A DNA stretch of 62,158 nt from the NCBI GenBank assembly GCA_034661055.1, contig JAYEKO010000004.1, forward strand, positions 1-62,158. Reading direction: 5' to 3'. The position numbers and the translations under genes are program-made. The stretch is from Campylobacterota bacterium (GTDB lineage Bacteria; Campylobacterota; Campylobacteria; Campylobacterales; Sulfurimonadaceae). Shown here piece by piece: positions 9,491 to 19,825 of the stretch; position 1 is the first letter of the stretch; every line of letters starts with the position of its first letter. The notes under the pieces were generated by a model that did not search any database, was not told the DNA's origin, and saw only the letters and a list, made by a program, of their open reading frames with translations.

Positions 9491-9898
9491 ATGGACTTTA
9501 TGTCATTAGCAAAAGATTTATTAGCAGGTCAAGGTGGAGAAGATGCCAACAATATGATGGGAGCATTCTCAAAGTTAATTGGTGAGGGTGAAAGTATGGA
9601 TATGGACTCTCTTATTGGTAGTATGAAAAGTGGAGATTCTGCTTTAGGTGACATTGCCTCATCATGGCTTGGTAACGGCGAGAACCTCCCAATCTCAAAA
9701 GAGCAGGTCAGCTCACTTTTTGGTAGTGGCGATATTGCAGACTTTGCATCAAAACTTGGACTTGAGAGTGATTCTGCCGTGCAAAGTATTTCTGAGATGT
9801 TACCAAAATTGATTGATGGAGCTAGTAGTGATGGTTCTCTTCTTCCAATGAACAGTATGGAAGATATTATGGGATTAGCACAGAAGTTTTTTTCGTAG
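9491..9898 (+). CDS. YidB/DUF937 family protein
   Basis: SWLGNGENLPIS and LPKLID..S.DG motifs. Confidence 0.8.
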   Translation: MDFMSLAKDLLAGQGGEDANNMMGAFSKLIGEGESMDMDSLIGSMKSGDSALGDIASSWLGNGENLPISKEQVSSLFGSGDIADFASKLGLESDSAVQSISEMLPKLIDGASSDGSLLPMNSMEDIMGLAQKFFS

Positions 9899-9967
9899 TC
9901 CCAGTGTATTTTGTCTCTAAGTGATTTTAGCTATAATTATCTAATTAAATAATATTTGGAGATAATT

Positions 9968-10465
9968 TTGCAAGCAGAACCGATGACAAAATTTGGGTTT
10001 GAGCGACTTACTAATGAGCTCAACCGTATTAAAACTATAGACCGTCCTGGCGTTGTTAAGGCAATTGAAGAGGCTGTAGAACAAGGTGACCTAAAAGAGA
10101 ATGCTGAGTATCATGCAGCTAAAGAGCAGCAAGGTAGTCTTGACGACCGGCTCAATGATTTAACCGACATTATTGGTCGTGCTCAAATTGTGGATCCTTC
10201 TGAGTTAGAACATGCTCGTGTAAGCTTTGGCTCTACAGTTGTGTTATGTAACTTAGATACCGATGAAGAGGTCACCTATACTATTGTTGGAGGATGTGAG
10301 AGTAATCCTGAAAATGGACTAATCTCATTTCATGCACCACTGGCAAAACAGCTTCTTGGAAAAGAGGAGGGTGATGATTTTAAAGCAAAACTTCCTGGTG
10401 GCCAAAAAGAGTTTGAAATCTTAGAGGTAAAATACCAAGAGATTGTGTTTGACTGCCATGAGTAA
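9968..10465 (+). CDS. greA: Transcription elongation factor GreA
   Basis: GDLKENAEYHAAKE, VSFGSTV, ISFHAPLAKQLLGK; likely TTG start after GGAG. Confidence 0.95.
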   Translation: MQAEPMTKFGFERLTNELNRIKTIDRPGVVKAIEEAVEQGDLKENAEYHAAKEQQGSLDDRLNDLTDIIGRAQIVDPSELEHARVSFGSTVVLCNLDTDEEVTYTIVGGCESNPENGLISFHAPLAKQLLGKEEGDDFKAKLPGGQKEFEILEVKYQEIVFDCHE

Positions 10466-11474
10466 ATCTATTAATGTCGCTGTAATAGGCGCTAGTGGCT
10501 ATACTGGTATTGAACTTCTTAAAATTCTTATTGTGCATCCTAACTTTAATATCACTTATGTAGCTACAAGTGAGGGTGGTATTGAACTTGATGCTCTTCA
10601 TCCTGCACTTAAAGATGTATTTACATGTAAAGTAGAAAAAGCTGATGCAAAAACAATAAGCAGTGAGTGTGATTTGGCATTTTTAGCACTGCCTCATCAA
10701 GCCTCTATGGGATTTGCCAAAGAGCTTTTAAAAAGTGGTATTAAAGTGGTAGATCTCTCTGCAGACTACCGTTTAGAACTTGATACTTACGAAGAGTTTT
10801 ATTGTGAACATGTCGATAAAGAACATCTAAAAGAGTCTGTCTATGGACTACCGGAACTTTATCGTGAAAAAATTAAAAGTAGTAATCTTGTAGCCAATCC
10901 AGGATGCTATCCAACTGCTTCTATTTTGGGGTTAGTTCCCTTTTTACCTTTTATTGATGAGAACTTTCCTATTTTTATTGATGCAAAAAGTGGGGTTAGT
11001 GGCGCTGGTAAAAAGTGCTCATCTAGTACACATTTTGTAGGAATTAATGAGAATATCTTTGCCTATAAAGTCCTCTCTCATCGTCATGAACCAGAAATAA
11101 AAGAGAAACTTCGCTTAATGAGTGGTACAGAGTTTGATGTAAACTTTGTACCGCATCTTATTCCGGCAACACGCGGAGAGTTAATTGATGCGTATATGCT
11201 CATTAAAGAAGAGATTGACCCATTAGAAGTTTTAAAAGAGTACTATAAAGATGAGCCTTTTGTGCGAATCTTTGAAGGCCCTGTAGATATTAAATCTTGT
11301 GCCGGTACTAACTTTTGTGATATTTATGCTGTGCGAAAAGGGAATAAGCTTTATGTCAACAGCAGTGTCGATAATATCTTAAGAGGTTCATCATCACAGG
11401 CTGTGGCTAATGCCAACTTAATGTGCGGACTTAATGAAGCGTTGGCGCTACCAATTATTGCGTATGTCCCATAA
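10458..11474 (+). CDS. argC: N-acetyl-gamma-glutamyl-phosphate reductase
   Basis: GASGYTG, ANPGCYPT, SGVSGAG, HRHEPEI motifs. Confidence 0.96.
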   Translation: MSKSINVAVIGASGYTGIELLKILIVHPNFNITYVATSEGGIELDALHPALKDVFTCKVEKADAKTISSECDLAFLALPHQASMGFAKELLKSGIKVVDLSADYRLELDTYEEFYCEHVDKEHLKESVYGLPELYREKIKSSNLVANPGCYPTASILGLVPFLPFIDENFPIFIDAKSGVSGAGKKCSSSTHFVGINENIFAYKVLSHRHEPEIKEKLRLMSGTEFDVNFVPHLIPATRGELIDAYMLIKEEIDPLEVLKEYYKDEPFVRIFEGPVDIKSCAGTNFCDIYAVRKGNKLYVNSSVDNILRGSSSQAVANANLMCGLNEALALPIIAYVP

Positions 11475-12213
11475 CAACTATGTTTTAAAAGAGGGTGCAT
11501 TTCTCATTTCTGATGCACACTATAGCAGCAAGAGGCCTGAACTTCTACAACTACTAAAATCGATTGAAGCAGAAGAACTTAAAACGCCTCAAATAGTTTT
11601 TATGGGGGATGTATTTGATCTACTATTTGGCCATATTCCCATAACCAAAGAGCGTAATCGTGATGCTGTCAATACTATTAATGCATTGGCAAAAAAAATT
11701 GAGCTTATCTATCTGGAAGGAAATCATGATTTTGTACTTCACAAGATCTTTCCAGATATACATGTAATTTCTATTGAACACCAACCTTTAAAATGTATGT
11801 ATGGAGATAAAAAGCTATCTCTAGCACATGGTGATTATAGGGGTGATTGGAAGTATAGACTATATTTACATGTAATTCGTTCTCCATTAATATTAAAATT
11901 TCTTAATGTAATAGATACGCTTACCTCTCATGGTATTATAAGATGGCTGGATGCTTATTTAGATAAGAAAAATGATTGTGCTGTTATTGAAGCATTTAAG
12001 AAGCGCATGATGAGGCACAGGACTCTTTTTGAAAGTTACGATTGTGACTATGTTATTGAAGGTCATTTTCATCAAAATTGCACTATTGATTTTGAAGAAT
12101 TCGAGTATATTAATCTAGGCGCTTTTGCTTGTAATCAAAGATATTTTATTGTACAATCATCTGAGAAACAGAAGCTGTTGCGAGAAGTTTTTTTCAATAA
12201 GGAAATTATATGA
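11464..12213 (+). CDS. lpxH: UDP-2,3-diacylglucosamine diphosphatase (LpxH-like metallophosphoesterase)
   Basis: SDAH, GDVFD, GNHD, HGD, GHFH motifs; typical position upstream of cheV. Confidence 0.75.
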   Translation: MSHNNYVLKEGAFLISDAHYSSKRPELLQLLKSIEAEELKTPQIVFMGDVFDLLFGHIPITKERNRDAVNTINALAKKIELIYLEGNHDFVLHKIFPDIHVISIEHQPLKCMYGDKKLSLAHGDYRGDWKYRLYLHVIRSPLILKFLNVIDTLTSHGIIRWLDAYLDKKNDCAVIEAFKKRMMRHRTLFESYDCDYVIEGHFHQNCTIDFEEFEYINLGAFACNQRYFIVQSSEKQKLLREVFFNKEII

Positions 12214-13157
12214 AAGATCATGATGATACCTTGAAAGTCGGCAGTAATGAGATGGAACTCGTTGACTTTCGTATATTTAAGCAAGAGGATGATGAAGTCT
12301 ATGAGGGGATATATGGCATTAATGTCTCTAAGGTTAGAGAGATTATTCGTGTCCCAAAACTCACCGAACTTCCGGGGGTACCTGAATTTATAGAAGGTAT
12401 ATTTGATTTACGTGGTGTAGTTATTCCAGTGGTAAACCTTGCAAAATGGATGGGTATAGATACTCCAGAAGAGGTGTTGAAAAATGCACGGGTTATTATT
12501 ACTGAATTTAATAATGTCCTTATCGGTTTTGTAGTTCACGATGCTAAGCGTATTCGTCGTATTAACTGGAAAGATATTGAGCCGGCATCATTTGCCGGTC
12601 GTATTGGTGGTGATGGATTAGACCAGAGTAAAATTACCGGAGTAACCCGCATTGAAGGTGACTCTGTTTTACTTATTTTAGATTTGGAAACGGTTGTTCA
12701 AGATCTAGGTCTGTATGAGCCAAATTCTGGTGAAATGCCTCATGATGAGTATAGCTTTAGCGGTTTAGTGCTGCTTTTAGACGATAGTCTAACTGCTAGA
12801 AAAATTGTTAAAGAGGCGCTAGAGAAGATGGGCTTTCAAGTAGTAGAAGCGAGTGATGGTCAAGAGGGACTTCAGAAGTTAGAAGAGCTTTATGCCATGT
12901 ATGAAGATAATATTAACAATCATGTTAAATTAATTGTCTCTGATGTTGAAATGCCGCTAATGGATGGGTTCCACTTTGCAGCAAATGTTAAAGATGATAA
13001 GCGATTTGATTCAATTCCTATTGTCTTTAATTCGTCAATAAGTGATCACTTTAGTGAAGCACGAGGGAAAGATGCCGGTGCTGAAGCATACTTAGTAAAA
13101 TTTGATGCAAACTCATTTTATGATGAAGTGGCGCGTGTTGTGCGTGCACATGTGTAA
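12210..13157 (+). CDS. cheV: Chemotaxis protein CheV
   Basis: CheW domain (YGINVSKVREI, LRGVVIPVV) plus receiver domain (DDS, DVEMP). Confidence 0.95.
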   Translation: MKDHDDTLKVGSNEMELVDFRIFKQEDDEVYEGIYGINVSKVREIIRVPKLTELPGVPEFIEGIFDLRGVVIPVVNLAKWMGIDTPEEVLKNARVIITEFNNVLIGFVVHDAKRIRRINWKDIEPASFAGRIGGDGLDQSKITGVTRIEGDSVLLILDLETVVQDLGLYEPNSGEMPHDEYSFSGLVLLLDDSLTARKIVKEALEKMGFQVVEASDGQEGLQKLEELYAMYEDNINNHVKLIVSDVEMPLMDGFHFAANVKDDKRFDSIPIVFNSSISDHFSEARGKDAGAEAYLVKFDANSFYDEVARVVRAHV

Positions 13158-13172
13158 GTTAGGAGTGTAATA

Positions 13173-15539
13173 ATGGATGAATTTCAAGAGATATTACAAG
13201 ATTTTTTAGTTGAATCATTTGAGTTAATAGAGCAACTAGACCAAGACCTTGTGGAGTTAGAATCGACTCCTGAAGATTTAGAACTGCTCAATAGAATTTT
13301 TAGAGTTGCGCATACAGTAAAAGGGGCTAGCTCTTTTTTAAATTTTGACATATTGACGCACTTGACACATCATATGGAAGATGTCTTAAATAAGGCACGT
13401 CATGGTGAGCTTATCATTAGTCCTGATATTATGGATGTTGTTTTAGAATCTATTGATTTAATGAAAGGGATTTTAAATAATATTCGTGACACTAGCAGCG
13501 ATAGTGGCATTGATGTTACAGAGTGTGTTAAACGCCTCGATATTGTTTCAGGTGGAGCAGGTGATGTTGAAGCTGTTGTCTCTCAAGAGGTAGAGGCTCC
13601 CGTCGAAGAAGAGATTGAAGAAGTTCAAGAGAGTGAACCAGAAGATGAAGAAAATTATGATGATTTGAGTGATGCTGAGGTAGAAGCTGAAATAGAGAGA
13701 CTCTTAGCCGAACGAAAAGCTGAGAGTAAAGCAAAAAAAGATGCTAAAAAAGCTCAATCTCCATCTGAAGAAGCACCTCAGGAGGATACGGAGCCTCAAG
13801 AGGAGAAAAAAGAGAAGCCAAAAGCTCCACCACCTACTGCTGCTCCAAAAAAAGATTCTAAGAAGGAGTCTTCAAAAGCAGCTCCAGTAGCCAAAAAAGT
13901 ACCAACTACGGTTGAGCAGACAATCCGTGTTGATGTAAAACGGCTTGATCACTTAATGAATCTAATTGGAGAGCTGGTTCTTGGTAAAAACCGTCTTATT
14001 AAGATTAATGATGATGTTGAAGAGCGTTATGAAGGTGAAGAGTTCCTTGAAGAGTTAAATCAAGTTGTCTCTATTGTATCTTTAGTAACAACAGATCTTC
14101 AAATTGCTGTTATGAAGACACGTATGCTTCCAATTGGAAAAGTCTTTAATAAGTTTCCACGTATGATTCGTGACCTTTCTCGTGAGTTAGATAAAAAAAT
14201 CGAACTTGTTATTAGTGGGGAAGAGACCGAGTTGGACAAGTCGATTGTTGAGGAGATAGGTGATCCTCTTGTGCATATTATTAGAAACTCGTGTGATCAC
14301 GGGGTTGAAGCTTTAAGTGTCAGACAAGAAGCCGGTAAGAGTGAAACAGGTACTATTAATCTAAAAGCATATAACGAAGGGAACCATATTGTTATTCAAA
14401 TTATGGATGACGGTAAAGGGTTGGATGTTAATATTCTTAAAGATATTGCTGTCAATAAGGGTGTAATAACTGAAAAAGAAGCTGACAAAATGGGTGATAA
14501 AGAGGCCTTTGGCCTTATCTTTAGACCAGGTTTCTCTACAGCAGCTCAGGTTACAAATGTCTCTGGCCGTGGAGTTGGAATGGATGTTGTGAAGACCAAT
14601 ATTGAGAAGTTAAATGGTATTATTGATATTGATAGCGAGATTGGAAAATTCACAAGTATTAAACTGAAAATTCCATTAACTCTTGCAATTATTCAAGCAC
14701 TGCTTGTTGGCGTTCAAGAGGAATTTTATGCAATTCCTCTTGCTTCAGTTCTTGAGACGGTTCGAATTAGTAAAGATGAGATTTATACGGTAGAGAACCG
14801 TTCTGTTATGAGACTACGTGAAGAAGTGCTATCTCTGGTACATATTGGAGATATTTTTGAAGTAGAGAGGGTGTTTGATGACAGTGAGCATACCTATGTT
14901 GTCTTATTGGGTCTAGCGGAGAGTAAAATTGGACTTATTGTAGATTCTCTTGTAGGTCAAGAGGAGATTGTAATTAAGTCACTTGGTGAGTATCTTCAAG
15001 GAATTGAAGGTATTGCTGGAGCTACAATTCGTGGTGATGGTGGTGTGACGCTGATTGTTGATGTTGCTGACCTGATTCAGATGTCAAAAACTATTAAATC
15101 AACGGTAAGCAGTGATAATGGCGCAGGAAGCTCAATTAGTAATGAGAAGAACTCTGCATCTGATTACAGAGTAATGATTGTAGATGATTCTAAAACAGAT
15201 CGAGCTATTATGAAAAACTCATTAGAATCGATGGGTATTACGCTTGTTGAAGCAGCAGATGGCCAAGAAGCACTTAACATTTTAAAAGCGAGTGAACAGA
15301 ACTTTGATGCGATGCTTGTAGATATTGAGATGCCACGTATGGACGGATATGCACTTGCTGCAGAGATTAAGAAATATAGTCGCTACAAAAACCTTCCGCT
15401 TATTGCAGTGACATCTCGTACTGGTAAGTCAGATCGTATGCGTGGCGTAGAAGTTGGAATGGTTGAGTATATTACAAAACCATATTCACCAGATTACCTG
15501 ATGAGCGTTGTAAAACGAAACATCAAATTCAATTTTTAA
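13173..15539 (+). CDS. cheA: Chemotaxis histidine kinase CheA with C-terminal receiver (CheAY)
   Basis: Hpt FRVAHTVKG, GRGVGMDVV, CheW-like domain, receiver DIEMP. Confidence 0.97.
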   Translation: MDEFQEILQDFLVESFELIEQLDQDLVELESTPEDLELLNRIFRVAHTVKGASSFLNFDILTHLTHHMEDVLNKARHGELIISPDIMDVVLESIDLMKGILNNIRDTSSDSGIDVTECVKRLDIVSGGAGDVEAVVSQEVEAPVEEEIEEVQESEPEDEENYDDLSDAEVEAEIERLLAERKAESKAKKDAKKAQSPSEEAPQEDTEPQEEKKEKPKAPPPTAAPKKDSKKESSKAAPVAKKVPTTVEQTIRVDVKRLDHLMNLIGELVLGKNRLIKINDDVEERYEGEEFLEELNQVVSIVSLVTTDLQIAVMKTRMLPIGKVFNKFPRMIRDLSRELDKKIELVISGEETELDKSIVEEIGDPLVHIIRNSCDHGVEALSVRQEAGKSETGTINLKAYNEGNHIVIQIMDDGKGLDVNILKDIAVNKGVITEKEADKMGDKEAFGLIFRPGFSTAAQVTNVSGRGVGMDVVKTNIEKLNGIIDIDSEIGKFTSIKLKIPLTLAIIQALLVGVQEEFYAIPLASVLETVRISKDEIYTVENRSVMRLREEVLSLVHIGDIFEVERVFDDSEHTYVVLLGLAESKIGLIVDSLVGQEEIVIKSLGEYLQGIEGIAGATIRGDGGVTLIVDVADLIQMSKTIKSTVSSDNGAGSSISNEKNSASDYRVMIVDDSKTDRAIMKNSLESMGITLVEAADGQEALNILKASEQNFDAMLVDIEMPRMDGYALAAEIKKYSRYKNLPLIAVTSRTGKSDRMRGVEVGMVEYITKPYSPDYLMSVVKRNIKFNF

Positions 15540-15549
15540 GGTTTGAGCT

Positions 15550-16044
15550 ATGAGTAATAAACTACAAGATATTATTAATAAACAGCAAGAGCAGCAGTCA
15601 CCAGGTATGGATGCAGTAGATGACGTAGTACAGCTAGTAGGTTTTGAAGTGGGCGAAGAAGAGTATAGTGTACCTATTTTAAGTATTCAAGAGATTATTA
15701 AGCCTATTGAATGGACTCGTGTTCCTCAAACACCGGCTTATGTTTTGGGTGTGTTTAATCTGCGTGGTTCGGTGATTCCAATTATTGATCTGCGTTTAAA
15801 GTTTGGATTGAGTGCAAAAAAACATACTGAAGAGACACGCTTTATAGTTATGCGACATGCTGATGAGGTAGCAGGATTTGTTATTGACAGGTTGACGTCC
15901 GCAATACGTCTTAATAAAAAAGATGTCGGCCCGGCACCTGAGACTATTAGAGACGAAGGAAGCTTTATTGACGGTGTTGGAAAACAGTCAGATAGAATTT
16001 TAACTATTTTAAAAGTGCATAAACTTTTAGAAAGAGATTTCTAG
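15550..16044 (+). CDS. cheW: Chemotaxis protein CheW
   Basis: GVFNLRGSVIPIIDLR motif; follows cheA. Confidence 0.95.
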   Translation: MSNKLQDIINKQQEQQSPGMDAVDDVVQLVGFEVGEEEYSVPILSIQEIIKPIEWTRVPQTPAYVLGVFNLRGSVIPIIDLRLKFGLSAKKHTEETRFIVMRHADEVAGFVIDRLTSAIRLNKKDVGPAPETIRDEGSFIDGVGKQSDRILTILKVHKLLERDF

Positions 16045-16047
16045 TCA

Positions 16048-17184
16048 TTGATCTCATTTAAGGGTAAGACTCTCTCTCTCGCTGTTACAGCAAAGAGTGA
16101 TACGGTCACTATTAAGCCCACAGGCGACATGGATGTTAAGAGCTTGGCGTCCATTGAGCCACTACTTGAAAAAATCTTCTTACAAGATGTAACTGGTAAA
16201 ATATTTCTTTGGGATCTTGAGGCGGTTACATCGTTAGATAGTGCTGCGGCACTATTAATTATTTCTTTTAATAATAAAATAGAGTGTAAGCATGCTACAT
16301 ATGAACTTACTGGCAATAGCAACTATCTTAAAATTATTGAAGCTATAAAGTTACGTCTGTATGACAAGAGTGTCATACAAGAAAATAGACTCAATATTGT
16401 ACAGTTGTTAGGTCAAGCAACTATAAAAAAATATGAACGCTTTAAAGAGTTTTTATCATTTGTCGGTAGACTGTTTTCTGCATTTTTTATCTATATTTTT
16501 AATCCAAAAAGTATCCGTTTTAAAGAGATATATCACGCTATTGAAGAGAGCGGTATAAAGTCACTTGGCATTATTGCTTTAACTACATTTTTAATTGGAG
16601 TGGTACTGGCGTATCAATCGTCTGTCCAATTAAAGATGTATGGGGCTAATATTTTCATTGTTGACATGCTTGGAGTCTCTATTTTAAGAGAACTCTCCCC
16701 TCTAATTGCTGCTATTGTTATTGCCGGACGAAGTGGGTCTGCTTTTGCAGCACAGATTGGTGTTATGAAGATTACAGAAGAGTTAGATGCTATGCGTACA
16801 ATGGGTTTTGATCCGTATCTTTTTTTAGTATTACCACGAATTATTGCTTTAATGATTATGATGCCACTTATTATCTTTTTTGCAGATGTAATGGCTATGC
16901 TTGGGGGTATGTTGATTGCAAAAATAGAGTTGGGTATTAGTGCACAACTTTTTATGGATCGTTTTGCAGATAATATCGAGATGAAACATTTTTTTATCGG
17001 TATTGGTAAAGGACCATTCTTTGGTTTCATTATTGCATCAATAGGTATTTTTCGGGGCTTGATTGTTAAGAATGATACACGAAGCATCGGTATTAACACC
17101 ACTAAAAGTGTTGTAGAGTCTATTTTTGCAGTCATTATATGTGATGCTATATTTTCTATTATATTTACAAATATGGGTATCTGA
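16048..17184 (+). CDS. mlaE: MlaE-family ABC permease with N-terminal STAS-like domain
   Basis: RELSPLIAAIVIAGRSGSAFAAQIGVMKITEELDAM; LDSAAA STAS-like motif. Confidence 0.88.
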   Translation: MISFKGKTLSLAVTAKSDTVTIKPTGDMDVKSLASIEPLLEKIFLQDVTGKIFLWDLEAVTSLDSAAALLIISFNNKIECKHATYELTGNSNYLKIIEAIKLRLYDKSVIQENRLNIVQLLGQATIKKYERFKEFLSFVGRLFSAFFIYIFNPKSIRFKEIYHAIEESGIKSLGIIALTTFLIGVVLAYQSSVQLKMYGANIFIVDMLGVSILRELSPLIAAIVIAGRSGSAFAAQIGVMKITEELDAMRTMGFDPYLFLVLPRIIALMIMMPLIIFFADVMAMLGGMLIAKIELGISAQLFMDRFADNIEMKHFFIGIGKGPFFGFIIASIGIFRGLIVKNDTRSIGINTTKSVVESIFAVIICDAIFSIIFTNMGI

Positions 17185-17918
17185 TGGAAACAATAATAGA
17201 AGTTAAAGATATTACCACCCGTTTTGGAACCAATGTAGTCCACGAGGGTCTAAATTTACATGTAAATCGTGGAGAGATATATGGACTGCTTGGACCTAGT
17301 GGCTGTGGTAAGACAACATTGATGAAAGAGATGGTACTATTACAAGAGTATCAAAAAGGCAATATCAATGTTTTGGGGTATGACTTAAATAAAATTGGAC
17401 ATAAGGATTCTCAAACATTACGACAAGAGTGGGGAATGCTTTTTCAGTTTGGAGCACTCTACTCATCACTTAGTGTCTATGATAACATTGCTGTATCATT
17501 AAGAGAGTATACTAATATCAGTGAAACGCTTATTGATGATATTGTCTCTTATAAAATTGACATTGTGGGCTTAAATCAGAGTGCTAAAAAACTCTTTCCA
17601 TCGCAAATAAGTGGTGGTATGAGAAAAAAAGCAGCTTTGGCGCGGGCATTAGTTATGGACCCAAAATTACTATTTTTAGATGAACCTACATCAGGTTTGG
17701 ACCCTATTTCAGCGAGAGAGTTTGATGCCCTTATCTTACGACTTCGAGAGCGGTTTGATTTGAGCATTGTAATGGTGACACATGATTTAGACTCTATTAA
17801 ACTTACTGTCGATAGGGCTGCTATTTTAGATGAGAAAAAAGTTGCTGCTGAGGGAAGTATTGAAGAGATTAAAGCTATTGAAAATAAGTTTATTGAAACC
17901 TTTTTTAAAGGACATTAA
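17184..17918 (+). CDS. mlaF: MlaF-family ABC ATPase
   Basis: GPSGCGKT, ISGGMRKK, LFLDEPTSGLDP. Confidence 0.88.
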   Translation: METIIEVKDITTRFGTNVVHEGLNLHVNRGEIYGLLGPSGCGKTTLMKEMVLLQEYQKGNINVLGYDLNKIGHKDSQTLRQEWGMLFQFGALYSSLSVYDNIAVSLREYTNISETLIDDIVSYKIDIVGLNQSAKKLFPSQISGGMRKKAALARALVMDPKLLFLDEPTSGLDPISAREFDALILRLRERFDLSIVMVTHDLDSIKLTVDRAAILDEKKVAAEGSIEEIKAIENKFIETFFKGH

Positions 17919-17921
17919 GAG

Positions 17922-18881
17922 ATGAATAACCGAGTTAATTATGCCTTAGTTGGAGCTGTTGTTATATTGATGCTATCAGCAATGGTATTTTTTATCTACT
18001 GGATGATGAAACCTGATGAGAAAGAGGCAATGAGATATTATCATATCTATTTTACTGAGTCTGTATCGGGACTCAATATTAATTCAGCTGTCAAATTCCG
18101 TGGCATTAATGTTGGTGATGTGAAGCAGATGAAGATTAATGCAGAAAATAGTGAAGAGATAGAGATATTAATCAGCATTTATGAAAATACTCCTATTAAG
18201 GTTGACACTGTTGCGACATTGATGTCACAAGGTATTACAGGTCTTAGTTATATTGATTTAAGTAAGGGGGATAAAGACTCACCACTTCTTGAGGTAGAAG
18301 ATGGCGAGAGCATAGCAGAGATAACCTCCGATCAATCCCTCTTTAAACGTATTGAGAGCTCCGTTGATACTATTAGCAGCAGACTCTCTAAAACACTCAA
18401 CCAGACTGAAAAACTTTTAAATGATAAAAACCAAGAAGAGGTGTCAAAAATTTTAGAGAGAACCTCAAGTATTTTAGATAAGATTGATAGAACGTTAGAT
18501 GAAAAGACTATAAGCAATATTCAAGTTACCATAGATAATAGCGCCAAGATTACCAGCCGTTTTGAAGGCATGATGAGCAATATAGACAGTCTTGTTGCAA
18601 AAGGTGTTATTTTAGAAGAGTCTCTTAAAGAGTCTATCGCTTCGATCTCAACAAGTTTTAATTCACTTGCTGTCTCAATGCGAAGTTTTCAAAAGAGTAA
18701 TGAAGAGGGACATTTCAGTGTTTCAGACTCTATGAAAAAACCGATGCAACAGTTTGATATTACCATGGTAGAGATGGAGCGTTTTATGATTAAGATGGAG
18801 CGGTTTATAGAGAGGATGCAGCGAAGCCCTTCAGATCTTATATTGCTTCAAGAGAAAGAGTTTAAGGCTCCAGGAGAATAA
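17922..18881 (+). CDS. mlaD: MlaD/MCE-family protein
   Basis: N-terminal TM, SVSGL...VKFRGINVG, QGITG MCE motifs, helical tail. Confidence 0.85.
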   Translation: MNNRVNYALVGAVVILMLSAMVFFIYWMMKPDEKEAMRYYHIYFTESVSGLNINSAVKFRGINVGDVKQMKINAENSEEIEILISIYENTPIKVDTVATLMSQGITGLSYIDLSKGDKDSPLLEVEDGESIAEITSDQSLFKRIESSVDTISSRLSKTLNQTEKLLNDKNQEEVSKILERTSSILDKIDRTLDEKTISNIQVTIDNSAKITSRFEGMMSNIDSLVAKGVILEESLKESIASISTSFNSLAVSMRSFQKSNEEGHFSVSDSMKKPMQQFDITMVEMERFMIKMERFIERMQRSPSDLILLQEKEFKAPGE

Positions 18882-18882
18882 T

Positions 18883-19482
18883 ATGAGACAATACTTTTTC
18901 ATACTGATATTAATATTTTTAGGTGGCTGTTCTATAACAAAGAGTGTTCCAGCCAAAGTAGAGTACCGATTAACTGCTCCGATGGTGGCACCTATTGTAA
19001 ACTCATCATGCTCAGACATTACTTTAAAGATAGAGCCTATTCAGAGCTCTAGTCTATTGCTTGAAAATAGAATGTACTATGTTTTAGATGAAGTAGAACA
19101 GCGTCATTTTACACAATCTCTCTGGTCGCAGAGCCCAAATAAAAGAGTTGAGCAGATCTTAAAAAAGGTTATAATTGAGAGTAATCTATTTGCAAGCGTA
19201 CTTGACTACCGAAGTAATGCTGCGACGCAGTGGCGTTATGAAGTAAGAATTTTGGATGCAATGCAATACTTTAGTGGTGAGAAATCATACGTAAAACTAT
19301 CTATGAATTTTGTTCTTATTAGAAACGTAGGACGAGAAGTCGTCTCATCAAAACACTTTGAAGTCGAGCTTCCCACCCAAACAGCTGACGCAAAAGGGGG
19401 CGTGTTAGCACTTAATAGTGCTGTAAACACCATCGTGACTCAAAGTGTTGAGTGGCTCCAGGCAGAGTGCCAAAACTACTAG
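18883..19482 (+). CDS. ABC-transport auxiliary lipoprotein (PqiC-like)
   Basis: Lipobox LGGC; last gene of the MCE operon. Confidence 0.8.
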   Translation: MRQYFFILILIFLGGCSITKSVPAKVEYRLTAPMVAPIVNSSCSDITLKIEPIQSSSLLLENRMYYVLDEVEQRHFTQSLWSQSPNKRVEQILKKVIIESNLFASVLDYRSNAATQWRYEVRILDAMQYFSGEKSYVKLSMNFVLIRNVGREVVSSKHFEVELPTQTADAKGGVLALNSAVNTIVTQSVEWLQAECQNY

Positions 19483-19760
19483 CTCGAGTACGCCTGTTCT
19501 GCTTGAAGCTGCGTGTTAATCTGAGTGAACTCTGCAAGTGAACTAGAGACTGCCGAATCAGTAGTACTGCTAGCAACATTGACAGAACTTGCACTACTCA
19601 CTCCACTAGAATACAACTCAGCTTTTTGTAGTGTCTCGTCTTTTATCTCCTCAGCTTTAGGTGCCGTAGAAGACTCTTGTTCCTCTGGTTGTGGCACAAC
19701 CTTGCCTCTTTGCATCTGAGAAGGATAGGGAGATTGAAATGTATATGATTGTACTTCCAT
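19479..19760 (-). CDS. Small Ser-rich hypothetical protein
   Basis: AAAAGGAG RBS and TATAAT upstream; 93 aa. Confidence 0.7.
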   Translation of the reverse strand: MEVQSYTFQSPYPSQMQRGKVVPQPEEQESSTAPKAEEIKDETLQKAELYSSGVSSASSVNVASSTTDSAVSSSLAEFTQINTQLQAEQAYSS

Positions 19761-19825
19761 GACAACTCCTTTTTGTTTATTATAATTTAATTAGACTAAA
19801 AAAGCAATATTGGTTATAATTTAGT